NCBI GenBank assembly: GCA_050613775.1
Contig: JBODTK010000111.1
Span: forward strand, 124,001-188,000
DNA: 64,000 nt
Source of the DNA: Neocallimastix sp. 'constans'
Taxonomy: Eukaryota
Direction: 5' to 3'
This document shows, in pieces, positions 51,679 to 64,000 of the stretch; positions within the stretch are counted from its first letter, which is position 1, and the number at the start of each line of letters is the position of its first letter. The position numbers and the translations under genes are program-made. Under the pieces are notes generated by a model. That model made no database searches. It was not told the DNA's origin and saw only the letters and a program-made list of their open reading frames with translations.

Positions 51679-52265
51679 TAAATTTCTTCATCATAATTTA
51701 TTGGATAATCACTATATTGTAATGGAAGACCATTTAATGGTTCATTATAATAGATTTTAAATAATTCTCTAATTAATTCTCTAATTAATATTCCACAAGA
51801 ATAACCATCAGAAAATTTATTACCCATATCAATCATTAAAACAGTATCTTCAATTAAATCTACTCTTAATAATAGATCTTTTGCAACGTCAAATGGTCTA
51901 ATAAATTCATTAAAATTATTACTTGAACTTTTTCTGCAAAATTGGTATTTAATAGTTGATGTCTACTAATTATAATATTAAATGCTTTTTCTAATTCTTT
52001 TTCATCAACTTTAAACTTCAATTTATAAAATTTCAATCCATCATTAATTTTGGTTTAATAAAATTTTGCCTTTAAATTTTCATGTTTATTAAATAATTTA
52101 AGAAATCCATTTTTTATTATATTAATGTCAACATTTTTATTAAGTTGATATATTTTAAAAATACTATAACTGTTATTATCATTATGGATTAAATAATTAT
52201 AGTAAATTTTTTTTCTGCAGCTCTGTAATAGAATAGCAGTTATTAAATTTTTCTAATAAATTCAT
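51679..52265 (-). pseudogene. NRPS condensation-domain relic
   Basis: YSITELQKK.., VDEKELEKAFNIIISRHQLLNTNF and FIRPFDVAKDLLLRVDLIEDTVLMIDMGNKFSDGYSCGILIRELIRELFKIYYNEPLNGLPLQYSDY. Frameshifts, stops and deletions are present. Confidence 0.82.
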
Positions 52266-54488
52266 ATTTTAAAAAATATAAAATAATAACTATCTAATAA
52301 TATATATCATAAAAATATATATAATTTGAAATAAAAATTTTTTCAGTAAAAATTATTCTTTTAATAATTATTATTAATAAAAAAATAAATGAATTATATA
52401 AAAATAAAATAAAATTTCGTTCTTATATAACGATTAAAGCAAGTGAATATATTATATATTTGCAAAATAATTTTCTTTATTAAATAATATAAATATATAT
52501 ATTAAATATATTGATAGCAATATATTAAGTTTGCGCCTATACAAAGAATTTAATATATGTTTATATATTTATTACTAACATATTATATACTAATATCACT
52601 CAAATTATTAATTTATATATTTTTGATATTTTTGATATGATAAAGTACACCTTGGTTCACTCTCTTACTGGGAGAAGTTATATAATTTATTTATGAAATT
52701 TATTAATATAATATAATTTTATTTACTTATTTATTAAATATTTATTTATTTATTTTATAATTTAAATTTATTTAAATAACTAATAATTTTTATAACTTCA
52801 TATTAAATATTACTAAATTAATTTTACTAATAAAATATTTTTATTTTGGCAATTTATTATTATAATTTTAACTATTTGAATTGCATGAATGGCAATTTGC
52901 AAAACTGCAAAATTACAAAGAATAAATATAAAGAAAAAGTATTCTTTATATAATACTCTTTAATTATAAATTATTTTAAAATAATAAGAATTAAATATTT
53001 AGTTGAATATTATAAAAAGTATAATATAAATAATAAAATATTTATAATAATTTGAACATATAAAAATATAATAAAAATATAATAAAATAAAATAATTAAA
53101 ATGAAATAAAATAAAACTTAATTAATTTATAAATTATTTACATATTTACATAACATAAAATTTATGTTATAAATTTTATGCTTACATTAATTTTATGTAG
53201 TTTTAGAGAATTTATGATATTACATAAATTTATTTTATATCACGTTATTTCTGGATCATTTTATAAATCATATGATAATTAATCAAGTGATTAATTGATT
53301 TATTTTTATGTAATTATTAATAAAATAATTTATTAATAATTAAGGTTTTTATTTTCATTTCATATCAGATATTAATTATATTCATTACATTTAGTTTAGT
53401 GGAAATGTATCATAAACTTTATAAAATTTAATTATAAAATATATTAAAAATATAATAAAATATTAATATATATAAATAATTTAAATAATATATATTAATG
53501 TTTTTATTATAATAATTTAATTTTAAAAAAAAAATAATATCCTAAAATATTTAATATCTTTATAAGCCACATATAAAATTTTCAAACACTTAATTTTTTT
53601 ATGGATTACAAATGATATTTTTTCATTAATTATAAAACTTTAGTAAATTAAATTATATAATTTTTAATAAAATCAATTTTTGGATTTTCCACATATATTT
53701 TGAATTTTTTATCCATTTATTATTTAATATATATAATCAATTATTCAATAATTAAATTATGAATTATTTTTATAAATAAAAAGGTTTGGTTGCACAAAGA
53801 TTTTGAAAAATAATTAAATAAGAATTATTTGGATTAATCAAACTTAATATATTATAAAAAAAAGGTTTAATAAAATTTTAACTATAAGCCATTAATATAT
53901 TATTAATTATTTTATTAATTTTGTGTTTTTTATTACAATTAAAGTATTCATGTAATTTATAAAAGAATAAATAAATTAAGATTAAAGTTAGTAATAATCG
54001 CGGCTATAAAAAAAAAAAAAATTTATTAATTGCTAAATATCAAATTCATTATATATAATATATATAATGAATAATTAACCATATTATAAACTTTTCTTAA
54101 TAATTCATATTGCAATATATTACAATATAATGTTTAGTTATCAATAAAATTTATTTATATATATATTAAATAAAATTAATTGTGTTAAATTATGAAAATT
54201 ATGAAATTGTTGTATTTTCTGTTATTTGTTTTTCACTGAAATAATTAATCACAAAATAATTATCATCGATAGATATAAACTGAAAAAAATATTATAATAT
54301 ATAATTGGATATCTCTCGCCAGCCATACTGATTTTATCAAATAAAAATTCAATATCATACTATTTATAATTACGTCACAAATATTATTTATTACGTTTAA
54401 AAATTAAATAAAAAAATATTATCATATTGTCATATTATAAATAGATAGTTATCGCCAGCCAAACTGATGTTAGCAAATAAAATCTTAC

Positions 54489-54972
54489 ACTTCAGTAGTG
54501 CAAGCAATACCAACAATAACAATAACATTAATTTTATTCTCTTTTAATTCTAAAAGTTTTTTTATTAAAACCCAATTATAAATTATATTTGTAAAATAAA
54601 TAAATATAATGTATAATTATATAAAATTAAAATGTTATATTTTAATACGTTAATATTAATAAAAAAGTGAAATAATATCAACGTATTAAAATATAAGATA
54701 TATATTACCTTATTAAAAAGTCGGAATCTACTGGAATTGTATACAAATTTTTTAATCCAATACCTAAAATATATGCAGCCTTTTTAAATGAATAATGAAT
54801 CAATACTGAACCAACAATTGCTATTCCATTATATCCATATTATATCAATACTGAGATAATACCCTCTTTTTATATACTTTTTCTATACCTTCAAAATTAT
54901 TTATTTTAGGAAAAGCATTATTCCTTGCTACCCACATCGCAGTCAAATTAGCAATAGTATCACATACAGATT
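54489..54972 (-). pseudogene. Group II PLP-dependent decarboxylase (PanP/aspartate 1-decarboxylase-like) fragment in two exon remnants
   Basis: 54972-54708: TIANLTAMWVARNNAF..YGYNGIAIVGSVLIHYSFKKAAYILGIGLKNLYTIPVD, then a GTAAT donor. About 54575-54489: LLELKENKINVIVIVGIACTTE, then a GTAAG donor. Confidence 0.8.
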
Positions 54973-55408
54973 AAGAAGGCAAAAGAATTCTTATTTATTT
55001 GCATATTATTTTTAATTAAAATTAGTAGTTTATATATAGAATAATATGTTATAATTAATAATTAAATACTTTTTATTATATGAATCCCTCTAAAATTAAA
55101 AAAATATATAAATTAAAATTATATATTGTCAAATTTGTAAATAAATTCTTAATTCAATATTGTATGTCAGTGGCGCATTAAAATAATTATGATATGGATT
55201 ATTTTTAATATTAGCATGATTAAAATGAGCAATTTATATTCTATGATTTATTAAAATATATGTTTATATCATCAAAATTTATAACAATTTATAACATATA
55301 AAATTTATTATAATAAATAAAGAATTAATTTATTATGAAATTATTCATACAATTATTTATTTATTTATATATTTTTACTTTTTTAATTAATTAATTAATT
55401 AATTAATT

Positions 55409-55439
<31 letters not shown>

Positions 55440-56182
55440 ATAATAATTTTTAATTGCCTAATTTTATGATAAATTAAATAATAATAGTCTTTTTTTAATT
55501 AAATCAATTTATAATTTATGAGTATTATAATCCAATTTAATATTTAATTTTTTTTAATATTAATATGTATTTTTAACATCTAGATTATTTATTTAATATT
55601 TTTCTAATTAACTTAAAAGCATTTTAATTGGTATATGCATAAATATCATATGATTCATAATATATATTGTAATGTTACACAAAAAAACTTTTTTTTTTTA
55701 TGTTTATTTTTTAATGTGGTTTTAATGAAAAATGAAAAGTATAAAAAAAAAAAAATAATTTTATTTTAAACTTTCAAAAACTTATTATACAGATTTTATA
55801 AAATTAATTTATAATTTTAATAGCAAAAAATAGGATGTTCTAGTTTTATTATTATTATACTATTAATTATAATAATAATAAGGAATATCTATTTAATAAA
55901 ATAAAAGTATAAATTATATTATATTAATATATATATTTATATTATGTAAAAAATTATAAATAAAATAATACAAAATTAAATATAAAATAAAATAAAATAA
56001 GCATCATAAAAAAAAAAAAAAAAAAAAAAAAAAGTAATAATAAATGCAGCTCAATATATAAACAATATAAACAATTGCAAATTATTGTAAAAATTAATTG
56101 TAAATAAATGAAAAAAATAAATATAAAAAAATTAAAAAAATAAAAATAAATATTTTTTATTACAAATTTAAAAAAAAAAAAA

Positions 56183-58108
56183 ATGGTAAACATTATAATT
56201 ACTAATTACATGTATTGATATTAATATTTAATATTAATTTTATTATTATTTTATTACTAAATACATTTAAATTTATTCATATATATTACAATTTTAATTA
56301 ATTTTTTAAATAATAAAGGTAAATAATTATTACGTCCAATTGAAAGCTCTTTTTAAAAGGAATTTACTTTTAAAGAAGAACTCAAAGTTAGAACTTCTTT
56401 TTGAAATAATAATTCCAATATGTTTCATATCATTTTTAGGTATTAATAATTTTATATCATAAATGTTAATTGATAAATTTTATGAATATTAACTTTAATA
56501 TTATTTATTTATTTTTTATAATAAAAATATTATTATTAAAGAAATTGTCAATATAGTTAATAATCCAAAAACTTATGAAGAGATTAAACCAACGACTACT
56601 GTTGATTTAAATACTATATTTAAACAATACACGTCGATGTATCAAGATAAAATACCGACATTAGGTTTTATTTTACCTGAAAATAATATTGACAATGGTT
56701 TTATGAATAAAGTTTTGCAAAATGAATTATTTTTAAATACAACAATAAAACCTATTCAATTTAAAAATGAAGATGAAATGAATGAATATTACAATAACTA
56801 TCATAATTTTTTATTAGCTAGTATTATTTTAAAAAATGATTATCAATATACAATTCGTGTGAATGGAACCTCGGCACCTGACCCTTCTTCTGAAGCTATT
56901 ACTAACTATGCCTCTGGTCGATTTGCTTCTGAAAATTCTCTTACAGATGCAGATATTTATACGGTTATTTTTTCACCAATTCAGGCAGCTGTGGATCAAG
57001 CAATTATTCAATATTTAACAAATAACAATGATGTAACAATAACATATTACCTTGGAAAATTAGGTAAAGCTGCTTGTGAATATTATGAAAAAGATGCTAG
57101 TGCATACATAGCAGCCTACGTTGCAACTATATTTTATGCCTCAATAGTTATTGTAGCGATGAATATTGTAAAAGAGAAAGAATTAAAAATAAAAGATGGT
57201 TTGTTAATGGCTGGTATTCATTCTTCTGTTTTTTGGCTTTCATGGATTCTTCTTTACGCCATTATCATGTTTATTTCTTCCTTTATTATTACATTAATAT
57301 TTTGGGCTTTTAAAATATTCCCTTATGTTAATATTATTATTCAGTTTCTTGCTATATATTTATATGGCATAAGTTGTTGTTCCTTAGGTTTTATTTGTAG
57401 TGCATTTTTTAAGAAGTCAAAAATAGCTGGTGTTTCTACTGGTATTATTGCTCTATTCTTATGCTATTCCAATTTTGGTTTGCAATATATTAATGTTTAT
57501 TACAGAAAAATAATATCTATATTCTCGTCTCCAATGTCTGTTGGTTCTTTTTTCTTTGAGACAAATAAAATGAAAATGAAATATACAAGACTTAATTTTG
57601 ATAATATGTTTAATTCAGATGCTGGCACATTTTTACTTATTTTAATATTCAATAATATATGTTATCTTATATTAGCTATTATTTTAGATAGAATATTAAT
57701 AAATGGAAAAATAAGCGTTTTTAGTTTTAACAAAAATGAAAATAATATTTTAGAGAATCATATTAATGAAAAGCAGTCAAATTACCAAGATATTCAAGAA
57801 GATTTTAATTCAATAAATAATGAAAAATGTTTAGTAGATGTTAGTCATGTTTATAAAATATTTTGTAATAATAATAATTATAGAAATAATGAAAATGAAA
57901 ATAATACAAAAAAAAATAATCATATCGTAGTGGTAAATGATGTTAATTTCAAAGTATATGAAAATGAAATATTTGGAATTTTAGGTAAATTAAGTTATAA
58001 ATATATACATTAATAAATTATATAATCAAAAATATCACAAAATATATATCGATTATAATTATTTATATATTTCTAAATATTAATTTTTATTTTTATATAC
58101 TTTATTAT

Positions 58109-58156
<48 letters not shown>

Positions 58157-61100
58157 TAATGGAGCTGGAAAAACAACACTTCTCAGTATTATGGTAGGTC
58201 TTTTAGAAGCCTCAAAAGGAGATGTTTATTTTGATGGTATGAGTATCTCTTCAAATAAATCAGTCATTAGAAAAAAGTTTGGTGTTTGTGCTCAAACTAA
58301 TATTATTTATGATCAATTAACTGTGGAGCAGCATATTAAATTTTATGCTGAATTGAAAAACACTAAAGTAGATATTGATAAAATCTTAGATAGTGTTGAT
58401 CTTCTCCATCAAAAAAAGAACAAAGCTGGAAAATTAAGTGGTGGTCAAAAACGTAAACTTTGTATTGCTATGGCAACGATTGGTAATCCAAAATACATTT
58501 TCTTAGATGAACCAACTACTGGTTTAGATCCATTGTCTCGCCGAAAAATTTGGGAATTATTATTAAAAATTAAGAAAGGAAGAGTTATATTTCTTACTAC
58601 TCACTATATGGATGAAGCAGATATACTTGCAGATCGTAAATTAATTTTAAGTAGAGGTAAAATACGTTGTCTTGGAACCAGTCTTTATCTAAAAAATCAC
58701 TTCAATATGAACTATAATTTAAATATTGAAATGAAAAATATTGACAGTGAACGGCAAAAAATTAATAATTTAATTAAACACCATATTCCGGATGCTACTT
58801 ATGTACCAAATATAGATCAAATAAAAATATTGATGGATTATCCTAATGATGATGTCTCTTGCTATACTTGGAAATTAAAATTGAATTCAACCAATAATTT
58901 CAATTCCTTGTTGAATGAATTAGAAAAACTAACCGGAAAAAGTGAAAATAAACCAATAAAGCAATTTGCTTTATTTATGCCATCTCTTGAAGAATTATTT
59001 ATTCGTTTAGAAGATGAAAGTGAGGGATGTAACAATAACAATAGAAATGATATGGGTAATATTAATAACGAAGATAGCGGTAATTCTTTAGAGTCTATGG
59101 TTAAAGAAAATGAATCTTGCTTATTACATTTAAGAAATACTGAATTGCCTGAGTTAAAAATGACTACGAAGCCAAATAAGTTTCACCAACTTATTTGTCT
59201 TATAAAATATCGTTATAAAATGTTCCTTAAAGATAAAAAATTTGCCATAAGTTCAATTTTACTTCCAGTACTGCTTACTACAGTTGCATTTATAGTTGCT
59301 AACAAATTTATTATCAACAGAAAAATAACATCTGAATCAAAATCAATTTCTACTTCAGAAATTTATGGTAATTCTTACATAAATTATGATTCACAATCTA
59401 CTCTTAACCTTTCAAATGAAAATTTTGCATCCACCTTAAAAGATAAAAATTATCAATTAAAGCATCTATCATTAAATGAAATATCAAATCCAGAATTTGG
59501 AGATCCTTATTACATATCTTCAGTAAAGGGTGAATTAATTAATAATTTAAATTATCGCTTTTATATTAATTATAATGATACAATGACACACGCAATACCA
59601 GCCACTTTAAATTCAATAAGTAATGCTATTCTTTCATCTAAAAATATTAAAGAAAAAATTAGTATTTCTTCTCATCCCTATAGTAGAAATGATGATAGTA
59701 ACTCATTAATGGGTTTGATGATTGCTGGTTTAGTTATTGGTAACGGAATTGTATTTGGTATCATTAAATTTGGACCATTAGTAGTTTATGAAAGGGTGAA
59801 TCAGTTATTGCAACAACTTCAGCTAAATGGTGTTTCTCGTCTTTATTATTGGATTTCTTGCTTTATCACGGACAACAGTATCTTTCTCATTTCCTGTATA
59901 TTAACTATTCTAACTGGTGTTATTGTACATTTTGAACCGTTAATGGATTTAAAAATATTATCTATAATATTTATTTATATACTTTTATGGAGTATTCCTA
60001 CATTACTTTATCAATATATTTTAAGTTTTATATTTAGAAAAGAGGAAACGGCCTTTATTTATATTACGCTTATAAATTATTTATCTGTCTTAGTCGGTTA
60101 TCTTATATATGTTATTATTGAAATGGCTTTTACAGATTCAATGTATAATTTAGATATCAGTTCAGGTTTTTTCAGCGTCCTTTCTATATTTTATGCAGTC
60201 TCAATGACAGCAATATTTCCATCCTTTGGCTTAGTCATATTATTACATTTCCTTTTTATTATTAAAATAAATGAAAAAGTCACTCACTATGAAATAAATT
60301 TAACTAATCTTTTTAAACCAGGAAATGGAGTTTTACCCATGATAATTACTCTTATCATTCTTATAGTTTTTTATGGTTTGATACTTTATCTACTTGATAA
60401 TAAAATTAATAAAGTCAGTAGAAAAGATGTACTGGAAGAACCACCAAAAAGAATTCTTGAAATTTATGAAAATGAACTAGAAAAGGGAAATGATGATATC
60501 TTAAAGGAATATAAATTTGTTAAAAGTCATCAAAACGAATTGCCACTTAGCGTCATTCATCTTTCCAAAGAATACCCTGTAAGAGGATTAAATAAAGAAA
60601 GAAGAAACGAAATTGAAAGAAAAGGAAAAAGTAGTTTCACTTATGAATATGGTGAAATTCATCCTTCAATCATCAACGATCAAGAATTAACTAAAAATGC
60701 TGTAGTAGATGTTAACTTTGGAGTTAAAAATCATGAATGTTTTGGTCTTTTAGGTCCAAATGGTGCTGGAAAATCCACAACCCTAAATATTATTACTTCC
60801 ACTATTCCACAAACTACTGGTACCATTTGTTTTAAAGGTCGAAATATCAATTCCAAAAAATCAAACGAAGGCAGCGGTTTAACCTCATTAGGCTACTGTC
60901 CACAACACGATACTCTCTGGAAAGAATTAACCATTAGAGAACATATTGAATTTTTCCTGGAACTCCGTGGTTTTGATAGTAAAAGTGCAAAGTTATATGC
61001 CGATCAATATATTGAAGTGGCCGGACTGGAAGAACACCAAAATAAACGTACGGACGATCTTAGTGGTGGTACACAACGTAAACTTTCTTTGTTAATTGCA

Positions 61101-61622
61101 ATTTGTGGTTATCCTGAACAGATATTATTAGATGAACCTACAGCAGGCATGGATCCTTCTACTCGTCGTTTTATTTGGAATATTATTAAAAGTACCAAAG
61201 AAGCAAATAATTCCTCTATTATTTTAACCACTCACTCCATGGAAGAAGCTGAAGTTTTATGTGATCGTATTGCTATTTTAATTAATGGTCGCTTATCTTG
61301 TATCGGTTCACCAGAATATTTAAAAATGAAATATGGAGGTACATATATTTTAGAATTACAATCAAGATGTATGGATCAATTTCATAATGAAATTATAATT
61401 AAAAATAATTTATTTGGTCATCAGCATTATATATTAGAAAAGCAATCCCGTGAACGTTCTAAATATGAAGTTAATAATCCTGAAAACATTGGTCATATAT
61501 TTGAGGTATTAGAGCAATGTAAATCAGATAAACTTGTTATTGATTATAGTTTCAGTAAAGCAACATTGGAGCAAGTTTTCCTTAATTTCGCTAAACAACA
61601 AATAAATTCTATTACAAATTAG
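56183..61622 (+). CDS. Full-size ABCA-family transporter (TMD-NBD-TMD-NBD), about 1678 aa; exons 56183-56185, 56319-56439, 56542-57984, 58153-61622
   Basis: N-terminal QLKALFKRNLLLKK...FEIIIP. NBD1: GHNGAGKTT, LSGGQKRKL, LDEPT, TTHYMDEAD. NBD2: GPNGAGKST, LSGGTQRKL, LDEPT, TTHSMEEAE. C-terminal TLEQVF. Exons sum to 5037 nt in frame; the ATG-only first exon is inferred. Confidence 0.93.
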
Positions 61623-61909
61623 TAATTTAATTAAAATATAATCGGGAAAAAAAAAAAAAAAAAAGAAGAAGAAAAATAATTAAAATAAATAATTTACATA
61701 ATGAAATTATTAATTATTGCATTTTCAAAATTTTCAAAATTATTATTCTGAAAATATCTTAAAAATTAAACCTGATTTATTTACAAATTATATATATATA
61801 TTATTCTTATATATATATATATATATATTAAATGTGTATATATTTAATAATTACAATTTATATTCCAATTTATGTTTTGTAATTATTAATTCTATACTTT
61901 ATACAGATA

Positions 61910-61948
<39 letters not shown>

Positions 61949-62037
61949 TTTATTTTATATTATTATAAATTATAATTTTTTTGGATAATATTTTATTCAA
62001 ATTATATTTAATTTAATTTTTAAATAGTGATATTATA

Positions 62038-62159
62038 ATGACAATAGAATTTTATATGTTATTTTGTTATTATGATGAATAATAACAAATGCATTTATAT
62101 GACAATAGAATTTTATATGTTATTTTGTTATTATGATGAATAATAACAAATGCATTTAT
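62038..62159. repeat. Perfect 61-bp tandem duplication
   Basis: ATGACAATAGAATTTTATATG...AACAAATGCATTTAT occurs twice. Confidence 0.93.
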
Positions 62160-62250
62160 TATTTAAAAATGAATTTTTATGATTTAAAAAAATGTTTGAT
62201 TTATAATTTTAATAACTTTAATATAAACATAAAAAAAAAAAAAGAAAAAA

Positions 62251-62301
<51 letters not shown>

Positions 62302-62701
62302 ATTCTTTGAAGTTAAAAATATATGAATTTAAACAAAAAAAAAATTATTTAATAAGTTAGATTCATTAATATAAATAAATTTAATTTATTAAATTTTAGT
62401 ATTTTAATTTTTTTTTTTTTTTTTATATTTTACATGGCATAATTTTTATTGTCCTTTATTATCCATGAATAATTAAACAACATGATTTTATTCACTTTTT
62501 ATTATATTATATGAGTTAATATATTACGTAACGTATATGATATTTTATTTATAAGAACGTTTGTTGCCGTTAAAAAAAAAAAAAATCATAAGAATGAATT
62601 TTTTTTTTTTTTTAAATAATTATAATTAATAATATATAATTTATTTTAATATTTTAAAATATATTCCTTTAAAATTTTGTTAGAAAATTAGTATTTTTTG
62701 T

Positions 62702-63007
62702 TTACTACTTTTATTATAATTTTAAATATTAAATAGTTTATTATAAATAAATAGGATATATAATAATAATAAATAGTTTATATAGTTTATGAATAGAATA
62801 TAGTTTCAAAAAAAAATTTTTTTTTTTATTTTTTTTTATAAGCCCTCTTTTATATAGTTAATATTAAAACATGTATTTAATGTATGGAAATATGTTTGAC
62901 CCATCAAATATATTTTGTATGTTTAAAAAATATCATTAAATTATGTATTCTTAAAAAATAAACCTTTTGCTTCAAATAAATATAGTTAGTAAATAAGCAA
63001 ATATTGA
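62702..63007. repeat. Dispersed repeat homologous to 37877-38159, the MULE 3' flank
   Basis: Collinear shared blocks CTTTTATTATAATTTTAAATATTAAATAG, CTCTTTTATATAGTTAATATTAAA, CCATCAAAT and CCTTTTGCTTCAAATAAATA. Confidence 0.85.
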
Positions 63008-64000
63008 GATCTTTATCAAATATTAATATGAGATAGAAAAGGATTAAAATTTTAAAATATAAAAAAAAATATATGAGTAAATAATAATTTTAAGAAATTC
63101 AATAGGGAGAAATATCTATCTTTTAATGAGATGTTACTTTTATGTTTTTATCATTTCTTATTATTTAGAATTTCTATTTATTTCTAATATTTTGATCTTC
63201 TTTATAGGCGCATCATATTATTTTTATTTTTATTTTTTTTTTTTTATCTAATTTATATTTTTTATTTTTTATTTTATTTCATACATTAAAAATTTTAAAT
63301 ATTAAGCAAAAGAAGTTCTTTCTGCTTAAAAAAAAAAAAATGGAGAGTAAAATTAATAAAATCTTCACCAAATGAATTTCTGTTTACATAAAATTATCTA
63401 TAGAAAAAAAATTTTTTTTTTTTTGAAGTTACTAATAATTTATTGATGAAAATTTTTATTTATAATATAAATTGTAATATATTACTTTTTAAAGTTTTTC
63501 AAATATAACATAATGAAAAAATTTTAAAATATTAGTTTTGTTATTTTTAAATGAATCTATATGAATTAAATCTTTCAATAATTTTAAGGATATCAATGAT
63601 AAAATTTTATTAAATATTCACAGAATTTAAAAATATTACTTTACAACATTTATTGATGGTATTCAGATATGACTATCAAAGTATCTTATAGTTATGTCGC
63701 AATATCTATTATTAATGATAAGGAAATACAACTATACACTATATACTTTTATTACATATATACTTTTTTTTTTTTTTTTACATATAGTAATTTTTATATT
63801 TGTAATAATATATAATATATACAATTAAATACATAAATTATTGTTGTATATATATATTTTTAGTTTATTTGTTTATAAGCTTATTAACTAATAATATAAG
63901 CATATATAATAATATATATAGATATAACATCATATATGATATAGCAAGTTATATCCTAGTTTCGGCTAATACAACAATACATCAAAAGTTAAACCCAGTG

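Noticed and set aside
54314..54482. Two copies of TCGCCAGCCA.ACTGAT.TTA.CAAATAAAA as a regulatory site or further decarboxylase exons
   Set aside because: It does not continue the decarboxylase frame, and two copies are too few to assign a function.
54636..54696. 24-bp inverted repeat in the decarboxylase intron
   Set aside because: Short, very AT-rich and inside a pseudogene, with no functional evidence.
58110..58152. Poly-Lys N-terminus of the 1170-aa ORF as a separate protein start
   Set aside because: It is intronic poly-A; splicing restores the Walker A motif of a single ABCA gene.
1..64000. tRNA, rRNA or prokaryotic operon features
   Set aside because: None recognised by eye; tRNAscan-SE and Infernal were not run, so small RNAs are not excluded.

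Overview
This is extremely AT-rich, intron-containing eukaryotic DNA. It most resembles an anaerobic gut fungus (Neocallimastigomycota), inferred from composition, intron style and gene content. Apparently intact genes are fimbrin (-), a small membrane protein (+), 20S proteasome alpha-3 (+), a Tma17/Adc17-like protein (+), a four-RRM low-complexity protein (+), a three-exon ~1734-aa adenylation-carrier-ketosynthase-pseudo-AT megasynthase (-) and a full-size ABCA transporter (+). The 33.5-48.7 kb interval is a transposon graveyard (Copia, MULE, two Gypsy pol remnants) with unusual inversion structures, and a 5'-truncated LINE lies at the left edge. Hand translation also found decayed genes the ORF track misses or only fragments: an NRPS condensation domain, an intron-bearing PanP-like PLP decarboxylase, and an unknown GC-rich ORF with an internal duplication. 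The best candidate for a new system is the A-T-KS-AT0 enzyme, which has an intact KS triad, an AT lacking its catalytic Ser, an aberrant P-loop, and no acceptor ACP or release domain. All family calls are from motif recognition by eye; no searches were run.
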